The notes under the pieces are model-generated. The model ran no database searches and had not been told where the DNA came from. It saw only the letters and a program-made list of their open reading frames with translations. From an uncultured Chloroflexia bacterium (GTDB taxonomy: Bacteria > Chloroflexota > Chloroflexia > Thermomicrobiales > UBA6265), in assembly GCA_963724295.1 (NCBI GenBank), contig CAVRUC010000002.1:192001-256000 (forward strand): 64,000 nucleotides of DNA. The letters are read 5' to 3'. A program made the translations under genes and the position numbers. The stretch's first letter is position 1. Each line of letters starts with the position of its first letter. Of this stretch, positions 9,642 through 19,167 are shown in pieces.

Positions 9642-9805
9642 GGGTGATTGCTCCCTGCGGTCGCGGTGATTGTTCGCTGCGCTCACGGTGATGGGTGATA
9701 GGGTGATTACTCGCTGCGCTCGTGGTGGCAGGGTGGCGGGGAGTCGTTCTCCCTACCACCCTGCCACCCTGCGACCCCGCCACCGTCGTACCACCCGTCA
9801 CCCTC
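9640..9805. repeat. GGGTGAT/CACCC-type REP-like repeat
   Basis: gggtgattactcgctgcgctcgtggtggcagggtggcgggg; inverted copy at 11337-11387, related copy at 61218-61320. Confidence 0.75.
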
Positions 9806-9821
9806 GTAGGAGTCGTAACGC

Positions 9822-10334
9822 ATGACTGACGCCCCACGCGGTCACCCGATACTGGCCGACCTGTTCCGCCACAACCTGTGGGCGAATCTGACCCTGATCG
9901 ATCTTTGCACGACGCTGCCGGATGAGATCCTGAAGACGAACGTGCCCGGCACCTACGGCGGCATCCGCGACACGCTGAACCACATGGTCGGCGCTGAAGA
10001 GCGCTACCTGACGGCGCTCGTCGCGGGACCGGAGCGACGCAATCCCACGCTGGAAGAAACCGCTCCGGACCTGGCCACGGTGCGTGAGCATGCTCGTCAA
10101 TCTGGCGAGGGATTCATCGCCTATGCCGAGACGGTCGAGGGCAATCCAACCTTACACGTGACCTGGCGCGGTCAATCGTATGAAATGCCGGCCGCGCTCT
10201 TCCTGGTGCAGGCCGTCAACCACGCCACCGAACACCGTACCCAGATCAAGACTGCACTGACGCAGGCCGGCATCACCCCGCCTGAGCTCGATGGCTGGAC
10301 CTGGGATAACGCTCGCCGAGGAGAGACCCGTTAG
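9822..10334 (+). CDS. DinB family protein
   Basis: LFRHNLWAN, TLNHMVGAE..Y, NHATEHRTQI (His triad); AGGAG RBS. Confidence 0.9.
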   Translation: MTDAPRGHPILADLFRHNLWANLTLIDLCTTLPDEILKTNVPGTYGGIRDTLNHMVGAEERYLTALVAGPERRNPTLEETAPDLATVREHARQSGEGFIAYAETVEGNPTLHVTWRGQSYEMPAALFLVQAVNHATEHRTQIKTALTQAGITPPELDGWTWDNARRGETR

Positions 10335-10489
10335 GGACAACCGCACCAGGAGCACTCTCTCGCGCCTCTATTCTCGGCTGCACCCGATACTCGCGCCCAC
10401 GCCTGCCCGATCATTGGCGTACCTGACCAGCCGCGTTACGACGAGGCGTTTCATACTGTGTCTGCGCTAAAGCTGAGGAGGGTCTGTTC

Positions 10490-11287
10490 GTGGGTTATCG
10501 AGTTCGTCTGTTCGTTCTGCTGGTCGCTATCGTCCTGCTTGCTCCGATGGTCGTTACCGCGCAAGAGGCCAGCCCGGTTTCGGCAAACGCTTCTACGTTT
10601 GGATACCGGGTCGTAGCCGAGTACCCGCACGACCGCCGCGCCTTCACTCAAGGTCTCGTCTACCTCGATGGGGTGCTGTACGAGGGAACCGGGTTGAACG
10701 GACAGTCGACGTTGCGCCGGGTCGACCTGGAAACCGGTGAGGTTCTGCAGGCGGTTGGACTGAGCGAGGAGTATTTCGGTGAGGGGATCGCCGTCCTCGG
10801 TGAACGCATCTACCAGCTCACCTGGAAGAATGGCGTCTGCGTCGTCTTCGACCGCGAGACATTCGAGCTCCAGGAGGCCTTTACCTATGAGACAGAAGGC
10901 TGGGGGCTGACGACCGATGGCGAGCAGCTGATCATGAGCGACGGCACCAACCGTTTGTTCATCCGGGACCCGGAGACGTTCTCGGAGCTCGACACTATCG
11001 ACGTCTATGACGGCGTGCGAGCGATCTGGAACCTCAACGAGCTCGAGGTCGTCGACGGCGAGATCTGGGCCAATGTCTGGCAGACTGACCTCATCGCGCG
11101 CATCGATCCCGAGACAGGACAGGTCACCGGTTGGATCGACCTGACCGGCCTGCTTTCAGAGACGGAGCGGGAGAAACGCCCGGTCGACGTCCTCAACGGC
11201 ATCGCCTACGACCCGGAGACCGATCGCCTCTTCGTCACGGGCAAGCTGTGGCCCAAGCTTTTCGAGATCGAAGTGGTCCCGCGTTGA
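10490..11287 (+). CDS. Glutaminyl-peptide cyclotransferase (bacterial/plant type QC), secreted
   Basis: YPHD..AFTQGL, LYEGTG, YFGEGI, QLTWK, EGWGLT, LNELE, VLNGIA, TGKLW; N-terminal signal peptide. Confidence 0.95.
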   Translation: MGYRVRLFVLLVAIVLLAPMVVTAQEASPVSANASTFGYRVVAEYPHDRRAFTQGLVYLDGVLYEGTGLNGQSTLRRVDLETGEVLQAVGLSEEYFGEGIAVLGERIYQLTWKNGVCVVFDRETFELQEAFTYETEGWGLTTDGEQLIMSDGTNRLFIRDPETFSELDTIDVYDGVRAIWNLNELEVVDGEIWANVWQTDLIARIDPETGQVTGWIDLTGLLSETEREKRPVDVLNGIAYDPETDRLFVTGKLWPKLFEIEVVPR

Positions 11288-11395
11288 ACGGGGTGACGGG
11301 GTCACTGGGTAGCAGGGTGACAGGGAGATCGATGACCCCGCCGCCCTGCCACCCTAGCCACCACGAGCGGAGCGAGTAATCACCCCAACACCCAC
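11288..11395. repeat. GGGTGAC/CACCC REP-like repeat between convergent genes
   Basis: Reverse complement of the 9700-9741 element. Confidence 0.7.
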
Positions 11396-11414
11396 AACGT
11401 GCCGTCTCGGCCGG

Positions 11415-12491
11415 CTACCGCCGCTGCGTGACCCGCGGCTCCCAGGCCGCGAAGCGCTCCTCGATCTCCTCGGTGGGTGGCACCGCGTCAGGTCCCACCC
11501 CGCGTAGACTGAGCGCGGCGACGAGATTCGCGTAGCGACCGGCGGTCACGGGCGAGATCGTACGATCGGCGGCTTTGAGGAAGAATGCGGCGGCGAAGAC
11601 ATCTCCGGCGCCGGTGAGGTCGATCGTCTTCACCGGATAGCCAGGCAGCTCCGCGCGCTGCCCGGCGTAGAGAAGCTTGCAGCCATTCGGTCCCAGGGTC
11701 ACGACACCGATCCGTCGCGCCCCGACCCATTCCACGGTCGACCGTGCCTGCGCGATCTCTTCGTCGGAGACCACGATGGTATCGGTCCGGGCCAGCAACT
11801 CTGGCGGCAGCCGCAACTGCATGTGATGCACCCGCCCGCCTCGCTCCATCGGCCACTCCCGCATCCATCCCTGCGGCGTGATCCCCAGGAAACCGGGGAC
11901 GAGTGACAGGGCCTGATGGGGGTCGATCTCCCGTGCCACCGGGCCGAGGTGGATCACCCTGGCATTCGCCCAGTGGGGCGGCAGGCCGCGGAGATCGATC
12001 GCTCCGGCCCATTTGCGGATCGTCTGCGTACGCCTGCTGCCGAGATACTCGTTGACGAAAAACGTCGGCGTGTCGGCGCCCTGAGTGATGATCGTCAGCT
12101 GGTCCGAGAATGGTTCCAGGGACGGCACGTCGATGCCATCGATGCGCTCGCCGTAGCGGCCCCTGGTGAGAACCCCAACCCGTGCCCCGAGCCGCGCCGC
12201 GGTCAGCGCGGAATAGAGCGCGGTTCCGCCGAGGACGCCGCGACCATCTGGCTGGATATCGCAGACGATCTGTCCGATGACCAGATAGTCCGGCGCCCGC
12301 TCGGATTGCATCCCCTTGAGTGGGCGGCTCGGGCTGAGCGATTGCCGCTTGCGGCCGCGCCTGTCGCCGCCGCGCGTGATCCGTGGCGGCAGCGACGGAT
12401 CTCGCGGCTTCTTCGCCTTGCCGCGAGTCTGCTCCCGGTCCGGTTTTGCTGAAGGATCGTCGCTCGACGTCGGTCCGGCCGCCTCAGGCAC
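11415..12491 (-). CDS. PfkB family carbohydrate kinase
   Basis: LGGTALYSA, VTLGPNG, DLTGAGDVFAA; basic N-terminal extension; overlaps jag stop. Confidence 0.9.
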   Translation of the reverse strand: MPEAAGPTSSDDPSAKPDREQTRGKAKKPRDPSLPPRITRGGDRRGRKRQSLSPSRPLKGMQSERAPDYLVIGQIVCDIQPDGRGVLGGTALYSALTAARLGARVGVLTRGRYGERIDGIDVPSLEPFSDQLTIITQGADTPTFFVNEYLGSRRTQTIRKWAGAIDLRGLPPHWANARVIHLGPVAREIDPHQALSLVPGFLGITPQGWMREWPMERGGRVHHMQLRLPPELLARTDTIVVSDEEIAQARSTVEWVGARRIGVVTLGPNGCKLLYAGQRAELPGYPVKTIDLTGAGDVFAAAFFLKAADRTISPVTAGRYANLVAALSLRGVGPDAVPPTEEIEERFAAWEPRVTQRR

Positions 12492-13347
12492 GCGGCTGCA
12501 CCGTGACCCGGCGCATATTCCCTTCGCCGCTGCTCTCGGTCGTCACGTCCGGATTGCTGCGCAGCGTGAGATGAACGATCCGGCGCTCGTTGGGCGGCAT
12601 CGGCTCCAGGATGATGGGCCGCCGTGAGCGTGCCACCTGCCGTCCGATCCGCTCGGCCAGCCCGATGAGTGACTCTTCGCGCCGGGTACGGTAACCCTCG
12701 ACGTCGACCACCACGCGGGTCCAGTTCTCCAGGCGGCGGTTGGCAATGAGGTTGACCAGGTACTGCAGCTGGGAGAGATGATCGCCGCGACGGCCGATGA
12801 GCATGCCCAGGTCTTGCCCCAGGATCTCGATGAAGATCGTCGGTGGATCTTCCGGGTCGAGGGCCATCGTCGACGGATTGTCGACGGCCACCACGTCGGC
12901 CGCGATCCCCATCTGGGCGAGCAATTCGCGCACGATCTCCTTGGCGACTTTCTCCTCGGCTTCGTCGACCCGGTCGACGTCGCGCGCGCGCTCGGTCACT
13001 TGCGGTCGAGGCCGTTCGCGGGGCGGCGCTCCACGGGATGACGGCCGGTCGCCTGGAACGCGCCGCACCCCCGGCTGGCGCCGCTCTCTCACCGGCGCCT
13101 GGCCATGACCCGCGGCCCGTGAGCCACTTGTCTGGGCGGCACGAGTCCCGCGCGGGATCGGTTGCGAGGCCATGCCCTTGGCGGTCACCCGGACGAGCGC
13201 CTCATCGCCTTCCTCTGGTCCCGCGTCGGAAAGGATCTCGATGTCGACGTCTTGCTCGCCGAGCTCCAACTGTTCCAGCGCCAGGCGAACCGCCTCATCC
13301 ACGGAGTAAGCCTGGATTTCGACGCTGGTCATTCTCCGCTGATCCAT
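12484..13347 (-). CDS. jag: Jag/EloR/KhpB RNA-binding protein
   Basis: Jag_N (SVDEAVRLALEQL), KH (LIGRRGDHL..LQYL), R3H (MPPNERRIVH, SSGEG..RRV). Confidence 0.95.
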   Translation of the reverse strand: MDQRRMTSVEIQAYSVDEAVRLALEQLELGEQDVDIEILSDAGPEEGDEALVRVTAKGMASQPIPRGTRAAQTSGSRAAGHGQAPVRERRQPGVRRVPGDRPSSRGAPPRERPRPQVTERARDVDRVDEAEEKVAKEIVRELLAQMGIAADVVAVDNPSTMALDPEDPPTIFIEILGQDLGMLIGRRGDHLSQLQYLVNLIANRRLENWTRVVVDVEGYRTRREESLIGLAERIGRQVARSRRPIILEPMPPNERRIVHLTLRSNPDVTTESSGEGNMRRVTVQPRA

Positions 13348-13433
13348 CGGTTATCCCCGCACGGTGAGCGGCCGGTACGACGGCAGATTGCCCACCCGTG
13401 TGGGCCAGTCCAGCCGGCGGCTCGCTCCCCCGA

Positions 13434-14570
13434 TCACTCCCCGCTGTTCTCCTGTGAAACCGGCTTGGCTTTGCGCGGCACGATCACCGCGCCGGCCGGA
13501 GCACTCACCGTAGCGCCATTGTCGCGGCCCTGGGTGCGGGCGGCGCCAGTGGTGGGGGTGGACGCGGTGCCCTTTCCGCCCCCCTTCCGCTTACCGTTTC
13601 GAGACCGGGTACGGGCGGAACCATTTCCGGACGCCTTGGCAACCGGGGCCGCGTCAACCTCGATGGCGTCGGTCTTCCCGTCCCCGCCGGTGGTCGTGGC
13701 GCCGGTTGCGGGAGTCCCTCCGGAACGCTCCAGGGCCTGCTTCTGCGCTTCGTCCATCTTGCGCTGCAGCCAGCCCATCGGCCCGGGTGCGAGGACCGGC
13801 TGGCCATCGCCACTGACGACCACTACCGAGTCCAGGTCGCGCGGGGGCCGGTAGCCGAGACGCCGGTGCTCCGGCAACTCAGGCAGGAACGGCGCCCATT
13901 TGATGAAGTTACCCCAGCCGGTGATGAACCACTGTTGGACCACGCTGTAGACGCTCTGTGTCGCCCAGTAGAGGACCGGACCGGCGGCGAAGCTCCAGCC
14001 GAAGAAGACAACGGTGAGCGGCATGATATTCATGACCGAGTTCATCATCGCCTGTTGCGGATCGGTCGATTTCGGCTGGTTGGCCGGCCGCATCATCTGC
14101 GTCTGCACGAACTGGAACAGTCCGGCCACAATCGGCAGGATGTGCAATGGATCGGGGGTGGCCAGACTGGGCAACCACCAGAAGCTCTCGTCCCAGAGTC
14201 CGGCGCCGGAGGTCGAAAGATTCATGATGGCGTTGTAGAGACCGAGGAAGATCGGAATCTGGATCAGCATCGGTAGACAGCCGGCCATCGGGTTGACGCG
14301 GTATTGCTGGTAGAGCGCCATCGTCTCCTGGGAGATGCGCTGGCGATCGTTGCCGTGCTTTTTCTGGAGCTCCTTGATCTTCGGCTGCAGCTCCTGCATC
14401 GCTTTGGAGGATTGCAGCGCCTTCACCGTCAGCGGCAACATCAATGTCTTGACGATGATGGTGAAGGCGATGATGCCGAGTCCCGCGCTGGAGAACATCG
14501 TGCTCAGACTGTCCAACACACTCACGAGGAAATCGACGTATTGGTTCCAGATCGGGATGTTGACATCCAT
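13434..14570 (-). CDS. yidC: Membrane protein insertase YidC (short, monoderm type)
   Basis: MQELQPKIKELQKKH, NPMAGCLPMLIQIPIF, LYW; GGAGGAG RBS. Confidence 0.95.
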   Translation of the reverse strand: MDVNIPIWNQYVDFLVSVLDSLSTMFSSAGLGIIAFTIIVKTLMLPLTVKALQSSKAMQELQPKIKELQKKHGNDRQRISQETMALYQQYRVNPMAGCLPMLIQIPIFLGLYNAIMNLSTSGAGLWDESFWWLPSLATPDPLHILPIVAGLFQFVQTQMMRPANQPKSTDPQQAMMNSVMNIMPLTVVFFGWSFAAGPVLYWATQSVYSVVQQWFITGWGNFIKWAPFLPELPEHRRLGYRPPRDLDSVVVVSGDGQPVLAPGPMGWLQRKMDEAQKQALERSGGTPATGATTTGGDGKTDAIEVDAAPVAKASGNGSARTRSRNGKRKGGGKGTASTPTTGAARTQGRDNGATVSAPAGAVIVPRKAKPVSQENSGE

Positions 14571-14704
14571 CGTACGGTTCGTGTCTCCTCCCGCACTGGG
14601 CGGGGTCGCAATGGGCACGTGCACGTGCACTTGCAGGTGTGTGGTCGCGGGTTGTCGCGGCCCGCGTCGGCGTCATCGAAACGCGGCTGCCGCGCGGTAT
14701 ATGG

Positions 14705-15004
14705 TTACGGCACAGGATCGTATCCGCGACCGCCGAACGGATTGCAGCGCAGGATACGCCAGATAGCGAGACGGCCGCCGGCAAGGATACCGTACCGCGC
14801 CACGGCCTCGTAGCCATACTCCGAGCAGCTGGGGACGAAACGGCAGGCGGGCGGCAGAAGCGGCGAGATCGCCTTTCGGTACAGCGCGATGATCAGCAGC
14901 GCCAGCCACGCTGCCGGGCTCGGTGCGCTTTGTGGCAGCAGCGGCGATGAGCCATAGTCGACCGCGCCATGCGATTGGTCATCGACTTCAGGTGAGTGGC
15001 TCAA
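14705..15004 (-). CDS. yidD: Membrane protein insertion efficiency factor YidD
   Basis: [35 protein letters not shown]. Confidence 0.97.
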   Translation of the reverse strand: MSHSPEVDDQSHGAVDYGSSPLLPQSAPSPAAWLALLIIALYRKAISPLLPPACRFVPSCSEYGYEAVARYGILAGGRLAIWRILRCNPFGGRGYDPVP

Positions 15005-15378
15005 GGCAATTCCTCACCCTCTCGAGCCGCTGCCGGATCCACGAGACCGGCCCGCCGTAGCATGCGCGCTAGCAGCTGCCGCGCCTCTTCCGATCCAGGA
15101 AGCTCCTCGATGGTTCCACGGATGATGACCACCAGGTCGTAGCCGGGCCGCACGGTCGGGTGCAACGCTCGCAATGCCTCGCGGGTCACCCGCTTCAGCC
15201 GGTTCCGCTGCACGGAGCCGCCACTCTTGCGGCCGGCGACGACGCCATAGCGGTTGTGCGGTGGATCGGACGGATTCGGGAGATAGCGAAGGACCAATGG
15301 GCCGTCGGAAATGGCCTTCCCGCGAGAGCGGGCCGCGCGCACGTCGCCGCCGCGCCGCAGCCGTAGTCGTCGTTCCAC
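15001..15378 (-). CDS. rnpA: Ribonuclease P protein component
   Basis: [24 protein letters not shown] motif; operon position. Confidence 0.95.
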   Translation of the reverse strand: MERRLRLRRGGDVRAARSRGKAISDGPLVLRYLPNPSDPPHNRYGVVAGRKSGGSVQRNRLKRVTREALRALHPTVRPGYDLVVIIRGTIEELPGSEEARQLLARMLRRAGLVDPAAAREGEELP

Positions 15379-15462
15379 GCCGTACGCACCGTGACCGCGA
15401 GACCGCCGCCCAGCGTCCGCCAGGGGTGGTGCCGAGCCGGCCGCCGCGGACAGGCGAACCTT

Positions 15463-15630
15463 CTAGCGATTCTGCGTGAACTTGTTCTCTTCGGCGACGG
15501 TGAGCGCATGGCGTCCCTTGCGGCGTCGCCGGGCCAGCACGGCGCGGCCACCGCGATCGGCCATGCGGGCCAGGAAGCCAAACTTGCGAATGCGCTTGAT
15601 CCGCTTGGGCTGATAAGTTCGCTTCGGCAC
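15463..15630 (-). CDS. rpmH: 50S ribosomal protein L34 (not in ORF track)
   Basis: Manual translation [58 protein letters not shown] start; first gene of rnpA-yidD-yidC-jag operon. Confidence 0.97.
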   Translation of the reverse strand: MPKRTYQPKRIKRIRKFGFLARMADRGGRAVLARRRRKGRHALTVAEENKFTQNR

Positions 15631-16052
15631 GGCCGATCACCCTTTCCAGTTCCAGATCGCGACGAATGATGACGGACCCTGGAGTCCTTGCTCGAGCCGC
15701 GCCCCGGTCCGCGTCGCCCGATCGGGCGACCACCGCGGAAACAGCCAACGATTCCATGGACACATAACGACTGCGCACAAAAACATGTTCCGACGTTGCG
15801 GACATTGCAGACCGCCGGTTCGGAACTTACGGAGTATAGCGGTTCTGGCGCATCCTGGCCAAAAAGCGGCCTTCGCGGTGTCTCAAGACAGGGAATGGCC
15901 CCTCCCGCGCAACTCCGTTGCCGACCACTGGCGCAATCTCGCCAAGCTGGGCGCATCCTCCGCACATGAGCAAGATGTGAGAATCTCGTCGGGCGCGATG
16001 CGCAACGGTGGGGCGCTCCACCCTGAGTGATGACCGGAAATTCCAAGGATCG

Positions 16053-16940
16053 ATGCAGAACTCTGATCGTGTCGCCCTGGTGCTGCTCGGGGCTCTCTGG
16101 AGCGGCGGCTTTCTCTTCACCCGAATTGCAGTGCCGGCCTTTGGCCCGCTGGCGCTGGTCGATCTGCGCGTGCTGATCGCCGGTGTAGTCCTGCTCTTGT
16201 GGGTTCTCGCCCGAGGAGAGCTGCCACCCTTCTGGCGCCGCTGGCGCGAGTACCTGGTGCTCGGTGCGCTCAACGTTGCGCTCCCATTCACCCTCATCGC
16301 CTGGGCCGCGCTCACGCTCCCCGCGTCATTGGGAGCGATCCTGCTGGCGACCGTGCCGCTGTTCACCGCACCGATCGCCGCGCGCCAGTTGAACGAGCGG
16401 GTCTCTAGGCGGCAAGCCGTGGGGCTGATCGTCGGGTTCATCGGCGTTGCCATCCTCGTCGGGCTGACACCCTTGTCGCTCACCCCGGCGTTCGCGGCGG
16501 CCGTGTGTGCGCTGCTCGGGGCGGCGGCTCTCTACGCGATCGGCGGGGTCTATACCGCGCGGCGGTTTACCGGCGCTTCGCCCGTCGAGTCGACGATTGG
16601 GCAACAGTTCGGCGCCTTCGTCCTGCTCCTGCCCTTCGCGCTCGCCGCGCCACCGCGGGCGTGGCCACCGCCATCCGCGATTATTGCCTTGCTGATTCTT
16701 GCCGTGTTCAGCAGTGTGCTCGCCTACCTACTCTTTTTCCGGCTCATCTCCTCGGTGGGGGCCACTGCCACCGCCACCGTCTCCTACCTCATCCCGCTGT
16801 TCGGGATCATCTGGGCCGTCGTGGTGGCCCAGGAGCAGATTGGGTTGGAGACGCTCGTCGGCATGGTCGTCATCATGTGCGGCGTCCTGCTGGCGACGGG
16901 AATGCGTCTTTCGTTTCGTGACCGCCGGCTCGCCGCGTGA
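16053..16940 (+). CDS. DMT/EamA family transporter
   Basis: LWSGGFLF, about 10 TM helices, AYLLFFRLI, TVSYLIPLFG. Confidence 0.92.
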   Translation: MQNSDRVALVLLGALWSGGFLFTRIAVPAFGPLALVDLRVLIAGVVLLLWVLARGELPPFWRRWREYLVLGALNVALPFTLIAWAALTLPASLGAILLATVPLFTAPIAARQLNERVSRRQAVGLIVGFIGVAILVGLTPLSLTPAFAAAVCALLGAAALYAIGGVYTARRFTGASPVESTIGQQFGAFVLLLPFALAAPPRAWPPPSAIIALLILAVFSSVLAYLLFFRLISSVGATATATVSYLIPLFGIIWAVVVAQEQIGLETLVGMVVIMCGVLLATGMRLSFRDRRLAA

Positions 16941-17058
16941 CGACCTGTCCTGATCCGGACGCTCAGATACCGCTCTGACCAGCCACCGTGCGACAATAAC
17001 CAACTGCCCGCCCATGGCATCCAATACCCGTCAGGCGCGGTTGCCTGAGGAGGAGATC

Positions 17059-18795
17059 ATGCATTCTCGTAGCTTTGCCCCGCGGTCGACCCGGCGCAGC
17101 CTCATCACCGGTGCGCTCCTTACCGGTGCGGGAATCGTTCTGCCGCGCTCCACTCTGGCCTTCGTCCAGACGGACGGCACCCCCGCCGCCGAGGGCGAGA
17201 CGATCGTTTCCCAGACCAAAGAAGCGTTCCGGGCCGAGATCGAGGAACACTTTGCCTATTCCGAGCCCACGACACCCGGCGGCGAGTTCATCGACGCCAA
17301 CGTCAACGACGTCAAGACCATTCATCCTCTGCTTGCCGATGATAACGCCTCTTTCGGCGCCGTTGGCACCTTCTATGACGGACTCTTTGGCACCGACATC
17401 CGCACCGGTCTTCCGGCGCCGACTGGCCTCGCCGACTACTGGGAGATCGCGCCGGATCGCCGCACCTACACCTTCCACCTCAACAAGGACGCAAAGTGGC
17501 ACGACGGTACCGACATCACCGCGCATGATATCCAATTCACCTTCGACGCCATTGCCAACCCAGAGCTCGGTTCGGCCTACGCACAGACGATGCTGGACTC
17601 GACCGAGTCCTGGCGCGTGATCGACGACGACACGTTCGAGGTTGTCGCCAAAGAACCACTGGCGACCTTCCTCTATGACTTGCACGGCCTGGTCATTCCC
17701 AAGCATATCTGGGAGAGCGTCCCGATCGCCGACTGGCCGACAGATGGTGGCGCCACCGGGCAGGATCCGTCGCGCGTCGTCGGCTCTGGCGCCTACAAGT
17801 TCGAGGAGCTGCGGCCGGGCGAGAGTTACTCCGGCGTCCTCAACGAAGACTATTACCAGAGGAAGCCCTACTTCGATCGTGTCGTGACGCGCATCTGGCC
17901 GGACCAGACATCGGTCACCAACGCGTTCCTCAATGGCGAGATCGACGTCACTGGGCTCGAGCCGGTTGACGCCGACCTGGTCCAGACCATGGATGGATTC
18001 GAAGTCGCCGTCTTTCCGACCCGCAACTTCACCTTCTATCAGACGAACCTCGACCCGGAGAAGACCGAGCTCTTCCAGGATGTCCGGGTGCGCCAGGCAC
18101 TCCTCTACGGGCTCGACCGCGAATCGATCGTCAACGACATATTGCTTGGCTACGCTGTGGTGGCCGAGGGGACTCAGCCGGTGATCTCCTTTGCCTACGC
18201 TCCCGAGGAGATCAAGACCAAGTACACCTTCGATCCGGAGAAGGCCAAATCTCTTCTCGCCGAGGCGGGATGGACCGACAGCGACGGCGACGGTATCGTC
18301 GAGAAAGACGGAACTCCGCTCTCGTTTGAATTCATCTACCCCTCCGGCGTGGCGACCACCGACCAGCTCGTCGCCTATCTGCAGGACGCCTGGCGCGCGA
18401 TCGGTGTCGGCATGACGCCGCGGGCGCTGGAATTCCCCGCATTGGTGAAGGCCATCTCCGAAGACCATGACTTCGAGGTGTCGATGCTTGGCTTCGGCTG
18501 GGATCCAAGCTTCATTCAGGACGCCATGTTCGGCTGCGACCAATACGAAGGCGGCTTCAACATGGTCAAGTACTGCAACGCGAAGGTCGACGAGCTGAAT
18601 GCCCAGGCAAAGCGGACCTTCGACGAAGCCGAGCGCCGCAAGCTGATCATCGAGGCAACGAACATCGTCAACGACGAGCTTCCGGTGGCGGTCATGCACT
18701 TCAGCAAAGGGATCTTCGGCTACACCGACCGCCTGCAGAACTACAAGCGCGGCCCCTGGGGTGTGAACTTCGAATACCTCTGGATGCAACAGTAG
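17059..18795 (+). CDS. ABC transporter oligopeptide-binding protein (family 5), Tat signal
   Basis: STRRSLI Tat motif; LADYWEI..D..TYTFHL..AKWHDG; VGSGAYKF; DVRVRQAL; GAGGAGG RBS. Confidence 0.93.
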   Translation: MHSRSFAPRSTRRSLITGALLTGAGIVLPRSTLAFVQTDGTPAAEGETIVSQTKEAFRAEIEEHFAYSEPTTPGGEFIDANVNDVKTIHPLLADDNASFGAVGTFYDGLFGTDIRTGLPAPTGLADYWEIAPDRRTYTFHLNKDAKWHDGTDITAHDIQFTFDAIANPELGSAYAQTMLDSTESWRVIDDDTFEVVAKEPLATFLYDLHGLVIPKHIWESVPIADWPTDGGATGQDPSRVVGSGAYKFEELRPGESYSGVLNEDYYQRKPYFDRVVTRIWPDQTSVTNAFLNGEIDVTGLEPVDADLVQTMDGFEVAVFPTRNFTFYQTNLDPEKTELFQDVRVRQALLYGLDRESIVNDILLGYAVVAEGTQPVISFAYAPEEIKTKYTFDPEKAKSLLAEAGWTDSDGDGIVEKDGTPLSFEFIYPSGVATTDQLVAYLQDAWRAIGVGMTPRALEFPALVKAISEDHDFEVSMLGFGWDPSFIQDAMFGCDQYEGGFNMVKYCNAKVDELNAQAKRTFDEAERRKLIIEATNIVNDELPVAVMHFSKGIFGYTDRLQNYKRGPWGVNFEYLWMQQ

Positions 18796-18801
18796 ACGGC
18801 G

Positions 18802-18965
18802 CCCCTCATCCCCAGTCGCTAACCCCTCATCCCCAACCCTTCTCCCCTCGGAGCGGGGAGAAGGGAGCACGGCTTTGCCAGGCACCAAGAGCCCCTCTCC
18901 CAGCGCACTGGGCCGGGTACCCTCTGGGTGGCGGTTGGGGTGAGGGCAAGCGTTGGGGTGAGGGC
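18802..18965. repeat. REP-like palindromic element, copy of 4273-4430
   Basis: cccctcatccccaacccttctcccctcggagcggggagaagggag..cccctctcccagcg..ggggtgaggg. Confidence 0.85.
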
Positions 18966-19167
18966 GCCAACGCCAATCAACTGACCGTCTCTACCTCGAC
19001 CGCTCCCCAAATCGGTGAGCGAGCTCGCTGCTGGCATCCGATTGGACTAATCGGAAATGAACACGATGGGTCATGGCCGGCCGCGACCCATCCTCTATCA
19101 TGCCTCCGCGGCGGGCGACAATTGCCCGTGCGGTTCCAAATCGCCGCTGGACTCCTGGAGATGAGGC

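Noticed and set aside
15631..16050. oriC upstream of rpmH
   Set aside because: No DnaA boxes, no AT-rich unwinding element and no dnaA
16963..18888. 641-aa minus-strand ORF
   Set aside because: Antisense shadow of the peptide-binding protein gene; common in high-GC DNA and carries no motifs
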